Assembly (NCBI GenBank): GCA_035702525.1
Contig: DASSQL010000367.1
Coordinates: forward strand, 1 to 55,238
Reading direction: 5' to 3'
DNA from: Ornithinibacter sp.
GTDB lineage: Bacteria; Actinomycetota; Actinomycetes; Actinomycetales; Dermatophilaceae
DNA: 55,238 nt
Of the stretch, positions 45,844-55,238 are shown in pieces. The position numbers and the translations under genes are program-made. The notes below the pieces were generated by a model. The model ran no database searches, was not told the origin of the DNA, and was given only the letters and a program-made list of their open reading frames with translations. Position 1 is the stretch's first letter. Each line of letters begins with the position of its first letter.

Positions 45844-46677
45844 ATGGCCGATCATGGGGTCGTGCGCACCGGGACCTCGAACGACAGGGCAGCCGCCCTG
45901 CTCGCGCTGCACTCCGGCCCCGGCTTCGTGCTGCCGAACGCGTGGGATGCCGGTTCGGCCCGGGTTCTCGAGCAGGTCGGCTTCCCGGCCGTCGCCACCA
46001 CGAGCGCGGGGATCGCCTGGGCGTGCGGGGTCCCCGACGGCGGTGCCATCGACCGCGACGCGATGCTCGGGCACATCGGGCGGATCGTGGATGCCGTGGG
46101 CGTGCCGGTGACCGCCGACCTCGAGGACGGGTACGGCGCGACCGCCGAGGAGGTCGGCCGCACCGTGGCGCGGGCCGCCGAGCTCGGTGCGGTGGGCGCC
46201 AACATCGAGGACGTCACGGGTGGGCGGCTGTACGGCATCGAGGAGGCCGTCGAGCGGCTGTCCGCGGCCCGGGTGGCGGCCCCGTGGGGCACGTTCGTGC
46301 TGAACGCGCGCACCGACACGTACTTCGTCGGCGTCGAGGGCGACGTGTTCGCCGAGACCGTCGAGCGGTGTTCTCGCTACCTCGAGGCGGGCGCCGACTG
46401 CGTCTTCGTGCCCGGCGTCGTCGAGGCCGACGACATCCGTCGGCTCGCGGCCGCCATCCCCGGCCCGCTCAACGTGGTGGCCGGGTTGGCGAACACCATC
46501 GACGCACCCACGCTGTTCTCGCTGGGCGTCGTGCGGGTCAGCCTGGGCGGGAGCCTGGCCCGGGCGTCGCTCAGCCTGCTGGAGCGAGCCGGCCGCGAGC
46601 TCGTCGAGCACGGGACGCTCGGCTTCCTCGACGGTGCGATCTCGTACGCCGACCTGCAGCAGCGCTTCGGCGCCTGA
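45844..46677 (+). CDS. Isocitrate lyase/PEP mutase superfamily protein
   Basis: PNAWDAGSAR, ATTSAG, TADLEDGYG, GANIED, NARTD, AGADCVFVP; start uncertain. Confidence 0.9.
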   Translation: MADHGVVRTGTSNDRAAALLALHSGPGFVLPNAWDAGSARVLEQVGFPAVATTSAGIAWACGVPDGGAIDRDAMLGHIGRIVDAVGVPVTADLEDGYGATAEEVGRTVARAAELGAVGANIEDVTGGRLYGIEEAVERLSAARVAAPWGTFVLNARTDTYFVGVEGDVFAETVERCSRYLEAGADCVFVPGVVEADDIRRLAAAIPGPLNVVAGLANTIDAPTLFSLGVVRVSLGGSLARASLSLLERAGRELVEHGTLGFLDGAISYADLQQRFGA

Positions 46678-46697
46678 GTGCGTTGGTCGGCCGCGCG

Positions 46698-47777
46698 GTG
46701 AGCACCCGACCCGAGCAGGTGCTCGACGGGCTCGTGGCCAGTGGGCGTGAGCCCGGTGGTGCGGTGGCCATCGTGCGTGACGGGGTTGTCCTGGTCGACC
46801 ACTGCGCCGGCACGCGCGACGGTGGCTCGCCGTGGACGGCCGACACCCTCGTGATGACCTTCTCGGTCGCCAAGCCGTTCGCCGCGCTGGCCTTCCTGGA
46901 TGCCGTGGCCGAGGGGGTCGTCGGGCTCGACCAGCGGGTCACCTCGGTCTGGCCGGCGTTCGAGCGGGCGGGCAAGGGCGACACGACGATGCGTCACCTG
47001 CTCGCCCACCAGGCCGGGCTCCCCGCCTTTCCCGAGGCCGCGCTCCAGGTCGAGTACGACGACCGGGAGGCGCTCGTCGGCCTCCTCGCGGCGGCTGCCC
47101 CGGTCCACCCGCCGGGTGCCGGGGTCGCCGAGCACGCCCTCACCTACGGACACCTGCTCGACGAGGTGCTGCGTCGGGCCACCGGCGAGCCCCTGGTCGA
47201 GCGGTTCACCCGCCTCGCTGCGGTGGGTGGGTGGGACCTGCACCTGCGGGTCGAGCCCTCCGACTTCCCGCGGGTGGCAACGCTCGTGGAGCCGACGGGG
47301 CGTTGGCGCTCCGACTACCTCGCGGACCCGCGCTGGGGCCCGGCGCTGGGCCGGCCGCCCGGGCTGCTCGACGTCGAGGTGCTGAACTCCGAGCGGTTCC
47401 GGGGCACGCCGTTCCCGGCCGTGGCCCTGCACGCCTCCGCGCTGTCCCTGGCCCGCTTCTACGACGACGTGGTCCGACCTTCGGGTCTCGTCGCGGGCCG
47501 GCTCGGCCACGACCTGTGGCACGCGTACGTGTCGCCCGCGGCGGTCGGCCACGACCTGGTGCTCGACCGGCCGGTCACCTGGACGCTCGGCTTCCAGGTC
47601 GACGAGGAGGACGGGCGGGTCGCCCTGGGGATGGGTGGGGCTGGCGGCTGCTCGGCCTGGGCAGAACCCGCCGCGGGCTACGGCGCCGCCTACCTGACCC
47701 GGGGGCTGGGTGGACACGACCGGGCCGAGCTGGTCTGGGACGCCGTCGCGGCCGGCATCCCACCGACTACCTCTTGA
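46698..47777 (+). CDS. Serine hydrolase, beta-lactamase class C / esterase family
   Basis: FSVAK (SxxK), LLAHQAGL, HALTYG, GAGG; start trimmed to GTG 46698. Confidence 0.85.
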   Translation: MSTRPEQVLDGLVASGREPGGAVAIVRDGVVLVDHCAGTRDGGSPWTADTLVMTFSVAKPFAALAFLDAVAEGVVGLDQRVTSVWPAFERAGKGDTTMRHLLAHQAGLPAFPEAALQVEYDDREALVGLLAAAAPVHPPGAGVAEHALTYGHLLDEVLRRATGEPLVERFTRLAAVGGWDLHLRVEPSDFPRVATLVEPTGRWRSDYLADPRWGPALGRPPGLLDVEVLNSERFRGTPFPAVALHASALSLARFYDDVVRPSGLVAGRLGHDLWHAYVSPAAVGHDLVLDRPVTWTLGFQVDEEDGRVALGMGGAGGCSAWAEPAAGYGAAYLTRGLGGHDRAELVWDAVAAGIPPTTS

Positions 47778-47946
47778 CCCCGGCGTCCCGGGTGGTCACT
47801 CGGAAGTGGCCGCCGTGCGAGGTGGGTCTGCAGGACGATCACCACGCACGGCGGCCCGGGGCCCCGTACTGCGTCCGGGGGAGGGCCCCTGCGGGCCGCT
47901 GATCCGTCGCCCTGGGAGGGAGACGCGTCGGATCTGCGGTTCCTCG

Positions 47947-47994
47947 ATCACGGCTGGCGCCAGTGTGCTCATCACTGCTGGCGCCAGCGTGCTT
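47947..47994. repeat. 24-bp tandem duplication, each unit containing the palindrome CTGGCGCCAG
   Basis: ATCACGGCTGGCGCCAGTGTGCTC / ATCACTGCTGGCGCCAGCGTGCTT. Confidence 0.8.
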
Positions 47995-48209
47995 GGGGGT
48001 GTGGAGCCGGGCGGCCGCTGTCGAGCCGGCGGCGCGCAGGCGGCGGCCTTCCGGGTCGTGCCCAGCAGCACCGGGCGTGCGGCAGCCAGCGGGACGCGGG
48101 CGCACCCGCGCACGCCGAGCGTGCCGCTGCGCTTCGATGGCTGCCATGCCGGACTCCCACGATGGTGCTCTCGCCACCGGGGTCCAGGGCAGCCGTACCC
48201 CTTCAGAGT

Positions 48210-48238
48210 AGGCCTGTCGGCCCCGTTCCGACAGGCCT
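48210..48238. other. Perfect 11-bp inverted repeat (terminator or operator)
   Basis: AGGCCTGTCGG-CCCCGTT-CCGACAGGCCT, about 85 bp downstream of the acyltransferase stop. Confidence 0.55.
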
Positions 48239-48321
48239 CGGGGCGGTCGCGCACCGAGCGCGGGGCCGGCCGGGCCCCTGACCTGCAGCGCGGCGCCCGC
48301 TCTGGTCGGCGGGAAAGCCGG

Positions 48322-50229
48322 TCACTGGCTGATGGCGGCTCGGATCAGGCGGGCGTAGGCCTTGGCCCCGGCGCCGGGCCGCGGGTGGATGCCGTCGGAG
48401 TACAGGAGCCTGGGGTGCTGGGCGGCGTAGGTGTCCCAGTCGACGACGACCACGTTTCCCGTGCCGAACCGTCGGCCCGCGCTGCGGATCGATGCGTTGG
48501 ACTGGGCCGTCCACGACCGGTCGGCGTGGCAGGTCACCAGGACGACGCGCCTGCGGTCCTGCAGCAGGGTGAGGATCGAGGTGAGGTCGGCGCTGCGGAT
48601 CCGGCCGTTGGTGCCCGCGCCGATGACGACCACGTCGCCGAGCCGGCCGAGCCTCTTGCGCTCCCGGATGCGGTCGAAGATCACCTCGGGCTGCCGGCTC
48701 ACGGCGGCGTCGACGGTGACCTTGGGGAGCTGGGCGTCCAGGGCCGCGGAGGCGGCGAGCATCACGGAGTCGCCGACCGCGGTGGTGGAGGTGGCGCCCT
48801 GGTCGTCGGGCTCGGGCTTGGCCGGCTGGGCTACGGGCGGGGCGGCGCGCGGCGGCCGCGACGTCCTCGGTGCGGGCGTGGCCGGTTCCGTGGCGGTGGG
48901 CTGTTCGGCTGCTCTGGCCTTGGTCAGCGGGCCCGTGCCGACCGGGGCGAGCGCCCTCAGCTCGTCCGGCAGGGTGGGCTCGCGAACCACGCTGAGCCCC
49001 ACGCCGAGCGCGATGACGGTGCAGACCGTCGCGATGACGGCCAGGTGCCGCCGGGTGAGGGGGCCCAGGCCGCTGGGCTCGTTCAGGTCGGCCCAGAGCC
49101 GGCCGACCGCTCCCCGGCGCACCGGCATCTCGACGTACCGGTACGAGAGCGAGGCGGCCAGGAGGGTGAGGCCGAAGCGGGCCACCTCGACGGGCCAGCC
49201 ACGCGACTCGAGGTCGGCTCCGGGGCGCAGCACCATGAAGATCGGCCAGTGCCAGAGGTAGATGCCGTACGACCGCTGACCGACCCAGCGCAGTGGTTGT
49301 ACCGACAGGGCCCGGGCGAACCCGGTTCCGTTGACGGCGGCCGCTGCCACGACTCCGGCGGTGAGCACGCCCACCCACAGGAAGCCGCCCCGGTACAGCG
49401 CCCACGACATCGGGTCGGCGAACCGGAAGGCCGCGACGAGACCGACCAGTGACGCCAGGCCGATGCCGCTGACCGTTCGGCGGGCCTGCGGCGTGAGGGC
49501 CGCGATCGCGCCTCGTTGCGACCAGTACGTGGCCAGGACCGCTCCGACCAGCAGGGACATGGCGTGGGTGTCGGTGCCGAAGTAGACCCGGCCCGAGTCG
49601 GTGACGAAGGGGATGCCGTCGCGGATCGCGATCCACGCCATCAACGTCGTCGACGCGAGCACCCCGGCGGCCGCGCCGATGCGCACCGCGAGCGCCCCGC
49701 CGAGTCGCCAGAGGCCGTAGAGCAGCAGCGGCCAGACGAGGTAGAACTGTTCCTCCACCGCGAGCGACCACAGGTGCTGCAACAGCGGGGGCCGGCCGGT
49801 GGCCTCGAAGTAGGGGGTGCCGTGCAGCACGTACCCCCAGTTGGTCACGTAGAGCACCGCCGAGATGGCGTCCTCGCGGACTCGCGCGGCGGCATCCTGG
49901 GCGACCGTCATCGCGAGCAGTGAGGTGGCGACCAGCACGAGCACCAGCGCCGGCAGGAGCCGCCTCGCGCGGTGCAGGTAGAAGCGGCCGAGGCGCAGGC
50001 GGCCCCGGGCGTCGAGCTCGCTCAGCAGCAGTGAGGTGATGAGGAACCCGGACAGGGTGAAGAAGACGTCGACGCCGAGGAAGCCGCCGGGCAGCCAGTT
50101 CGGGTTGGCGTGGAAGATGAGGACCGCCGTGACGGCGATCGCCCGCACACCTTCGAGGCCGGGCATGCGCTGCAGCCGCCCGCTGCGCACCGGGGTGGGC
50201 GCGGGTCTGTCGATGACGTCAGCCGTCAT
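48322..50229 (-). CDS. OafA/OatA-like acyltransferase (AT3 membrane domain plus SGNH domain)
   Basis: LEGVRAIA, GGFLGVDVFFTLSGFLI, RARRL, HLWSLAVEEQFY, SYGIYLWHWP; C-terminal VGDS, GTN, DGIHP. Confidence 0.92.
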   Translation of the reverse strand: MTADVIDRPAPTPVRSGRLQRMPGLEGVRAIAVTAVLIFHANPNWLPGGFLGVDVFFTLSGFLITSLLLSELDARGRLRLGRFYLHRARRLLPALVLVLVATSLLAMTVAQDAAARVREDAISAVLYVTNWGYVLHGTPYFEATGRPPLLQHLWSLAVEEQFYLVWPLLLYGLWRLGGALAVRIGAAAGVLASTTLMAWIAIRDGIPFVTDSGRVYFGTDTHAMSLLVGAVLATYWSQRGAIAALTPQARRTVSGIGLASLVGLVAAFRFADPMSWALYRGGFLWVGVLTAGVVAAAAVNGTGFARALSVQPLRWVGQRSYGIYLWHWPIFMVLRPGADLESRGWPVEVARFGLTLLAASLSYRYVEMPVRRGAVGRLWADLNEPSGLGPLTRRHLAVIATVCTVIALGVGLSVVREPTLPDELRALAPVGTGPLTKARAAEQPTATEPATPAPRTSRPPRAAPPVAQPAKPEPDDQGATSTTAVGDSVMLAASAALDAQLPKVTVDAAVSRQPEVIFDRIRERKRLGRLGDVVVIGAGTNGRIRSADLTSILTLLQDRRRVVLVTCHADRSWTAQSNASIRSAGRRFGTGNVVVVDWDTYAAQHPRLLYSDGIHPRPGAGAKAYARLIRAAISQ

Positions 50230-50351
50230 CGCGGCTCGCTATCACCCGCCCGATTCTCCGGCGCCGTCGGATCCGCTGTCCCGCCGCCACGCCGCACGCG
50301 CTGCCTGACGTCGAGTCCGCCCGAGACCTGACCCACCACCTCGGCTGACGG

Positions 50352-51383
50352 TCAGAGCGAGACGATGATCCCGCGCCGGTCGAGCACGGTGGCGACGGCG
50401 ATCGTGATGACGGCGATGGCGGCGGCCTGGACCAGGCTGAGCCACAGGGGAGCACCGGCATACCACCAGTCGACGCCGGGCAGCTGGAGGGCTCCGAGGA
50501 GGAGGAGGTTGGCGAGGTAGAGAAGCAGGGCGTTCCGCCCCACCCGCTGGACCGGGAGCCACCGTGTCGGGTGGCCGCCCACCAGGGCACCGAGCGCGGT
50601 GAGGACCAGGAGGCTCAGCCCCAGGCTGAGGAGCATGTAGGTGGGTGAGGCGGCATCCTTCGAGACGTCGACCCACTGCGACAGGACGAGTGCCGCGACG
50701 ACCGCGGCCACGCCGGTCACCGCTGCCAGCTCGAGCCGGCGCGCGGGGTCGTGGATCCGCCGGCCGGCGTCGACCACGGCGGTGGTGAGCATCAGCAGGG
50801 CGGCCCAGGAGACGACTCCCGGGAGCCCGTTGTGCGAGGTGTGCAGCACCGTGGCGCCCCAGCCGTGGTCGAAGAACCACTGGTAGACCGCCAGGCAGAG
50901 AAGGCCGGTCAGGGCGCGCACGACAGGCGGGGCGAAGACGACGGGGAGCAGCAGGAGGGTCGCGCCGCCGAGGGCCTGGAGCACGCCCCAGTAGCCGCTC
51001 ACCCCGGGGACGGGGTCGACCATCGCCTGTCCGGCGCTGATGACCGCACCGATGCCGATGAGCGCCAGGCCGCGGGTGGCGAGGTGCCGGTACGCCGCTG
51101 CGCTTCCGTCCTGGTCGCGGCGGCGGCGCATCGAGGGGCCGACCGTCAGGGCGATGGCGACCACGAACATCGGGGCGACGAGGTCGGCGACGGTGTAGCC
51201 GACGCCGACGGTGTGCTTGATGAAGGGCGGGAAGACACGCACCCCGAGCTCGAAGTTGCCCAGGGCCATGAGGAGGACGGCGATGCCGCGGAAGGCGTCG
51301 GTGGTGGGGTCACGTGCGGTGACGGGTGACGTCGTGGGTGCGTGCCCGACCGCGGGGGTCGTGCCCTCGGCTGCGATGCCCAT
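50352..51383 (-). CDS. Heparan-alpha-glucosaminide N-acetyltransferase-like (DUF1624) membrane protein
   Basis: DAFRGIAVLLM, TVADLVAPMF, WGVLQ, VSKDAASPTY, VGRNAL; RBS AGGAGG. Confidence 0.78.
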   Translation of the reverse strand: MGIAAEGTTPAVGHAPTTSPVTARDPTTDAFRGIAVLLMALGNFELGVRVFPPFIKHTVGVGYTVADLVAPMFVVAIALTVGPSMRRRRDQDGSAAAYRHLATRGLALIGIGAVISAGQAMVDPVPGVSGYWGVLQALGGATLLLLPVVFAPPVVRALTGLLCLAVYQWFFDHGWGATVLHTSHNGLPGVVSWAALLMLTTAVVDAGRRIHDPARRLELAAVTGVAAVVAALVLSQWVDVSKDAASPTYMLLSLGLSLLVLTALGALVGGHPTRWLPVQRVGRNALLLYLANLLLLGALQLPGVDWWYAGAPLWLSLVQAAAIAVITIAVATVLDRRGIIVSL

Positions 51384-51627
51384 GAGGCCTCCTTGCGGCC
51401 CGTGGATGCCGCACGGCTGCCTGTCGGCGCTCGCCCAGGGCTCGTCGTGCGTTCCCGCGGGCTTCTCCCTCCAGCGTCCCGCGTCAGGCGGTCAGAAGCC
51501 ATGGTCAGTGGGCTGCTGCTCAGTCACATCGCGGGTCGAGGCCTCGGGGGTGCAGGGATGACCTCGAGCGCCGCGTGGTCCTCCTGGTCTATTTACGCCT
51601 GCGCCGGCGATCCGTCACGCTGAGGAC

Positions 51628-54456
51628 GTGCCAGCGACGGACGGGCTCATCGGGCGTGAGGCTGAGCTCGCCGAGGCGGCCGCCGCCATCCGGAGGCTGG
51701 GCGCGGGCCGCGCCGCCGCCCTCGTCATCGAGGGCGAGGCCGGCATCGGCAAGACCCGCCTGGTGCGCAGCCTGGTCGAGGATGCCAGCGCTCGTGGCAC
51801 CACCGTCTTCTACGGCCGCACCCACCCCTTCGAGCGCACCCGCCCGTTCGGCGTGCTCGCCGAGGCACTTGCCCTGCGGCGACGTTCGCCGGATCCTCGT
51901 CGGGCAGCCGTCGCCGAGCTGCTGGCGGGCGCCGGCGCAGCGGCCGGCGCGCCCGCGGTCGGCGACGTCCAGTACCGGGTCGTCGAGGAGGTCGTCGACC
52001 TCGTCGAGTCGGCCTGCGCCGAGCACCCCGTGCTGCTGGTGGCCGAGGACCTCCACTGGGCCGATGCCGGCAGCCTGCAGGCGATCTCGTCGGTCGCCCG
52101 GAGCCTGCCGCTGTCACCCGTGCTGGTCGTCGTGACCACCCGACCGTCCCCGTTGCCCGGCGAGCTGGTGAGGCTGCTCGACGACCTCACGGCCGCAGGG
52201 GCTCCCACGGTGCACCTCCAGCCGATGACGCCCGACCAGGTGGGCGAGCTCGCCGCTGCCGTCCTCGGCCTGCCGCCGGGGCCGGTGCTGAGCGGCCTGC
52301 TGGACAAGGCGGGGGGGAATCCGTTGTGGGCGAGAGCGATCCTGCGCACCCTGGGAGACGAGGGGCTGCTTCGCAGCACGGGAGATGCCGTCGACTCGAC
52401 CACGTCGCAGCTCCCCGCCTCCTTGGGTGAGCTGGTGGTGCGGCGGCTCCGGGACCTCCCGCCGGAAACGCTGGAGCTGCTCCAGGTGACCGCCGTGCTC
52501 GGTGACGCCGTCTCGGTGCACGACGTCGCGGCACTTGCCGGCCGTCCCCCTGCCGAGGTGGCCGCCCGGCTCGGCGAGGCGTTCGAGGCACACCTCCTGG
52601 ACGAGGCCGACGAGCGGGTGGTCTTCCGCCACCCGCTGGTGCACGACGCGGTCTACCAGCACCTGCCCGCCCCCGCCCGCCGCCTCCTGCACCGCCAGGC
52701 GGCGGTGGCCCTCGTGGCCGCCGGGGCCGACCGGCTCGACGTCGCCGACCACCTGCTGCACGGGGCCGAACGCGGCGACGAGGAGGCCGTCTCCTGGCTG
52801 CGGGAAGCAGCCCGGGAGGCGTCGGCGCAGGCGCCCTTGGTTGCCGTCGAGCTGCTCCGGCGGGCCCAGGCGCTGCTGCCGCCGACCCATCCGGACGCGG
52901 ACGGCGTCTCGGCCGAGCTCGTCCAGGCCCTGCTGCGCGCCGGTCTGGTGACCGAGGCCTCGAGCCTCGCCGAGTCGGTGCTCAGCCGCAGGCACACCGC
53001 CGAGGTGGATGTTCCGGTGCGGCTCGCCCTGCTCGGCGCGCTGGCCCTGCAGAACCGGGCCGAGGAGGTGGTGAGCGTCGCGGAGGCCACCCTGGCGATG
53101 TCACCAGGGCTCCACCCCGTGCAGCAGGTGCCGGTGCTCGCGCAGCAGAGCTGGGCCCACACCTACTCCGGCGACCAGGATGCGGGTGCCGCCGTGGCCC
53201 GGCGTGCCCTGGCCGTCGCGGAGGAGGCGGGCGACGACGCCATGACGGTATGGGCCCTGAGCGCCCTGCTCGTGGCGGTGGGCCGTCAGGGCCGATACGG
53301 CGAAGCTCTCGGTCATGCCCGGCGGGCCGCGGCCCTGGCGGCGCGGGCGCCCGTGACGAGAGCCCTGCCGCTCCAGCCCGCGTTCTTCCTCGGCCTGGCG
53401 CTGTTCGACTGCGACCTGCTGCCCGAGGCGCGCGCCGCCTACCGCGAGGCCCTCGACGACGAGTTCACCTCGGGCTGGTGGCTCTCGGACACGCTCCTGG
53501 CGGATGCCGTGGTGTCGTTCGCCCGAGGTCAGTGGGATGACGCGGTGCCCAGCCTCGTCGCCGGTGCCCAGGCCGCTCAGGACAAGGGGAACGCCCTGCT
53601 CCTGAGCCAGTCGCTGGCCTACCGGGTCATCATCGCCACCGGGGTCGGGGACCTGCGCGCCGCCCGCGAGCTCGCGACGGGGATCGTCGCCTCCGTGGAG
53701 GGCGACCGGCTCGGCTACAACGCCGGCATCCTCGGGTCGGCCGTGGCCGCGCTGTTGGCCGCCGACGGCGACGACGGCAGTGCCTATGAGGTGCTGCTGC
53801 GGTGCTGGCGGTTCGAGGCTGAGCGGGGCGACCGCTTCTACCACCGCTGCCTGGCGCCGGACCTCGTGCGCCTCGCGGTGGCGCTGGGTCACCCAGAGGT
53901 GGCCGCGGAGGTCGCCGACGTGGTTGCGGCCGGTGTCGCGCTGGCGCCCGAGGTGGCATCCGTGCGCAGCCTCGCGCTGCGCTGCCGGGGGCTCGTGCTC
54001 GACGACCCGGACCTCCTGCTGGAGGCGGTCGAGGCCGCCCGCCAGGCGGCCCTCCTCGTCGACCACGCCGGGGCCTGTGAGGACGCCGCGGCCTCGCTCG
54101 CCCGGTGCGGGCGCCACGAGGAGGCGTCGGCTCTCCTCGGCGAGGCGCTGGAGCGGTACGAACGGGCCGGCGCCGACGCCTGGGCAGCCCGGGTGCGGGC
54201 GGGCCTACGCGCCCTTGGCGAGCATCCCGCCCCACGCGGCCCTCGGGAGCGGCCGACCGAGGGCTGGGCGAGCCTGACCCCCACGGAGCGGTCGGTGTCA
54301 GTGCTCGTGGCCGAGGGCCTGACCAACGGCGCGGTCGCCCGGCGGCTCTACATCTCGCCGCACACCGTGAACACACACCTGCGGCACGTGTTCGCAAAGC
54401 TGGGCGTGTCGAACCGGGTGGCCCTGGCGGGAGTGGTGAATCGCTCGATCGAGTGA
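51628..54456 (+). CDS. Large ATP-binding LuxR (LAL-type) regulator
   Basis: LIGREAEL, Walker A GEAGIGKT, Walker B VAEDLHWAD, GGNPL, FRHPL, C-terminal LTPTERSV...GLTN...ISPHTVNTHLRHVFAKLG. Confidence 0.92.
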   Translation: MPATDGLIGREAELAEAAAAIRRLGAGRAAALVIEGEAGIGKTRLVRSLVEDASARGTTVFYGRTHPFERTRPFGVLAEALALRRRSPDPRRAAVAELLAGAGAAAGAPAVGDVQYRVVEEVVDLVESACAEHPVLLVAEDLHWADAGSLQAISSVARSLPLSPVLVVVTTRPSPLPGELVRLLDDLTAAGAPTVHLQPMTPDQVGELAAAVLGLPPGPVLSGLLDKAGGNPLWARAILRTLGDEGLLRSTGDAVDSTTSQLPASLGELVVRRLRDLPPETLELLQVTAVLGDAVSVHDVAALAGRPPAEVAARLGEAFEAHLLDEADERVVFRHPLVHDAVYQHLPAPARRLLHRQAAVALVAAGADRLDVADHLLHGAERGDEEAVSWLREAAREASAQAPLVAVELLRRAQALLPPTHPDADGVSAELVQALLRAGLVTEASSLAESVLSRRHTAEVDVPVRLALLGALALQNRAEEVVSVAEATLAMSPGLHPVQQVPVLAQQSWAHTYSGDQDAGAAVARRALAVAEEAGDDAMTVWALSALLVAVGRQGRYGEALGHARRAAALAARAPVTRALPLQPAFFLGLALFDCDLLPEARAAYREALDDEFTSGWWLSDTLLADAVVSFARGQWDDAVPSLVAGAQAAQDKGNALLLSQSLAYRVIIATGVGDLRAARELATGIVASVEGDRLGYNAGILGSAVAALLAADGDDGSAYEVLLRCWRFEAERGDRFYHRCLAPDLVRLAVALGHPEVAAEVADVVAAGVALAPEVASVRSLALRCRGLVLDDPDLLLEAVEAARQAALLVDHAGACEDAAASLARCGRHEEASALLGEALERYERAGADAWAARVRAGLRALGEHPAPRGPRERPTEGWASLTPTERSVSVLVAEGLTNGAVARRLYISPHTVNTHLRHVFAKLGVSNRVALAGVVNRSIE

Positions 54457-54457
54457 T
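54440..54457 (+). promoter_or_regulatory. Candidate LuxR-type activator site overlapping the regulator stop codon
   Basis: ATCGCTCGATCGAGTGAT 18-bp near-perfect palindrome; putative -10 CAGCAT at 54479-54484. Confidence 0.5.
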
Positions 54458-54541
54458 GTCGTCGGTTCTGCCCGCGCGCAGCATCGAGGGGTCCACCGCG
54501 CTCGGCAACCGGCCGGGCGCCAGACCACCCGGAGGTTCCCG

Positions 54542-54805
54542 ATGCCCAGGATCGTCATCACCCACGCCGTCAAGGACGTCGAGAGGTGGCTCCAGGGCCA
54601 CGACGAGCGGCACGCGGCAGTCCCGGGCATCGCCAACGGCGCCGACCTGGTCGCCCTGGACGGCAGCCCGCAGACGGCTCTCACCTTCGACGTCGACGAC
54701 GTCAGCGCCCTGACCGCGATGCTCGCCGACATGCCTCCGGACGTGGCCGCCCAGGCCGAATCGCACGGGGTGCTCATGCCGATGACCGTCTACGTCGAGC
54801 GGTAG
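54542..54805 (+). CDS. Small hypothetical protein (87 aa, possibly ferredoxin-like/dimeric alpha-beta barrel)
   Basis: RBS GGAGG, GC-rich third codon positions, ITHAVKDVERW...HGV pattern; likely co-transcribed with the cyclase gene. Confidence 0.7.
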   Translation: MPRIVITHAVKDVERWLQGHDERHAAVPGIANGADLVALDGSPQTALTFDVDDVSALTAMLADMPPDVAAQAESHGVLMPMTVYVER

Positions 54806-54814
54806 GGGAGCACC

Positions 54815-55237
54815 ATGAACCACGCGGCGACGATGCGACGGTCCTACGAGCTGATCAGCCACGGCGACATCGACGGGTTCGGCCGCCTCGTGGCGACCGG
54901 GTTCGTGGAGCACCAGGTGACCCCGGGCCTCCCCCCCACCAAGGAGGGTGTGCTCGAGCTGTTCCGCGGCTACCTGGCCGCATTCCCGGACCTGCGGATG
55001 CACGTCGACGAGATCATCGCCAGCGGCGACACGACCGTGGCGCGGGTGACCGTGACGGGTACCCAGGACGGCGAGTTCATGGGGATGCCGCCCTCCGGCC
55101 GCCGGGCCGAGGTGCAGCTGATCGACATCATGCGGTTCGACGACGCCGGTCTCATCGCCGAGCACTGGGGCGTGGTCGACAGCCTCTCGTTGCTCCAGCA
55201 GCTCGGCATCATCCCGACGGGCGCACCCACGGCGTAG
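54815..55237 (+). CDS. SnoaL-like ester cyclase (NTF2-like)
   Basis: AAFPDL, GTQDGEFMGMPPSGR, IAEHWG...LLQQLG; RBS GGGGAG. Confidence 0.9.
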   Translation: MNHAATMRRSYELISHGDIDGFGRLVATGFVEHQVTPGLPPTKEGVLELFRGYLAAFPDLRMHVDEIIASGDTTVARVTVTGTQDGEFMGMPPSGRRAEVQLIDIMRFDDAGLIAEHWGVVDSLSLLQQLGIIPTGAPTA

Positions 55238-55238
55238 C

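Noticed and set aside
45844-46677. Isocitrate lyase or methylisocitrate lyase
   Set aside because: Lacks the KKCGH/KRCGH catalytic loop after the IED motif.
46698-47777. Beta-lactam resistance gene
   Set aside because: No signal peptide and an esterase-like motif pattern; the family is mostly carboxylesterases.
48030-48075. CCGGAAGG-containing segment on the minus strand as SRP (4.5S) RNA
   Set aside because: The conserved CAGG and AGCA internal-loop bases around the GGAA loop are missing.
47796-48254. Short ORFs in the 47778-48321 gap (152, 112, 82 and 62 aa) as genes
   Set aside because: Arg/Pro/Ala-rich low-information translations with no recognisable domain or clear RBS.

Overview
Very GC-rich actinobacterial chromosomal segment, probably origin-proximal; gene order suggests Micrococcales, which is inference. 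Bases 1-12.3 kb hold the conserved cell-division and signalling block: fhaA, fhaB, pstP, rodA, pbpA, pknB (no pknA), trpG/pabA, a 52-aa membrane protein missed by the ORF track, class E sortase, DUF881, crgA, rhomboid and ppiA. A cluster of four DnaA boxes lies just after crgA. A composite REP-like and 19-bp tandem repeat follows, then an accessory region. That region contains: (i) a LacI-regulated probable beta-1,2-glucan utilisation locus (ABC transporter, Tat-exported GH144/Cgs-like enzyme, GH94 SOGP-like phosphorylase, GH3); (ii) two large ATPase-LuxR regulators with candidate operator palindromes; (iii) an F420-dependent reductase, a membrane 'spermidine synthase-like' protein, and a maleylacetate reductase with a VOC protein; (iv) a TetR-controlled operon encoding a fused class II aldolase/class III aminotransferase, an MFS transporter and an FGGY kinase, the best candidate for an undescribed (amino-polyol) catabolic pathway; (v) a sigma-less partner-switching module with two GAF-ANTAR proteins; (vi) an SNF2-like helicase with a structured leader, two acyltransferases and a SnoaL-like cyclase. 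No tRNA, rRNA, CRISPR array, transposase or integrase was recognised. All calls are by-eye motif recognition; no database searches were run.
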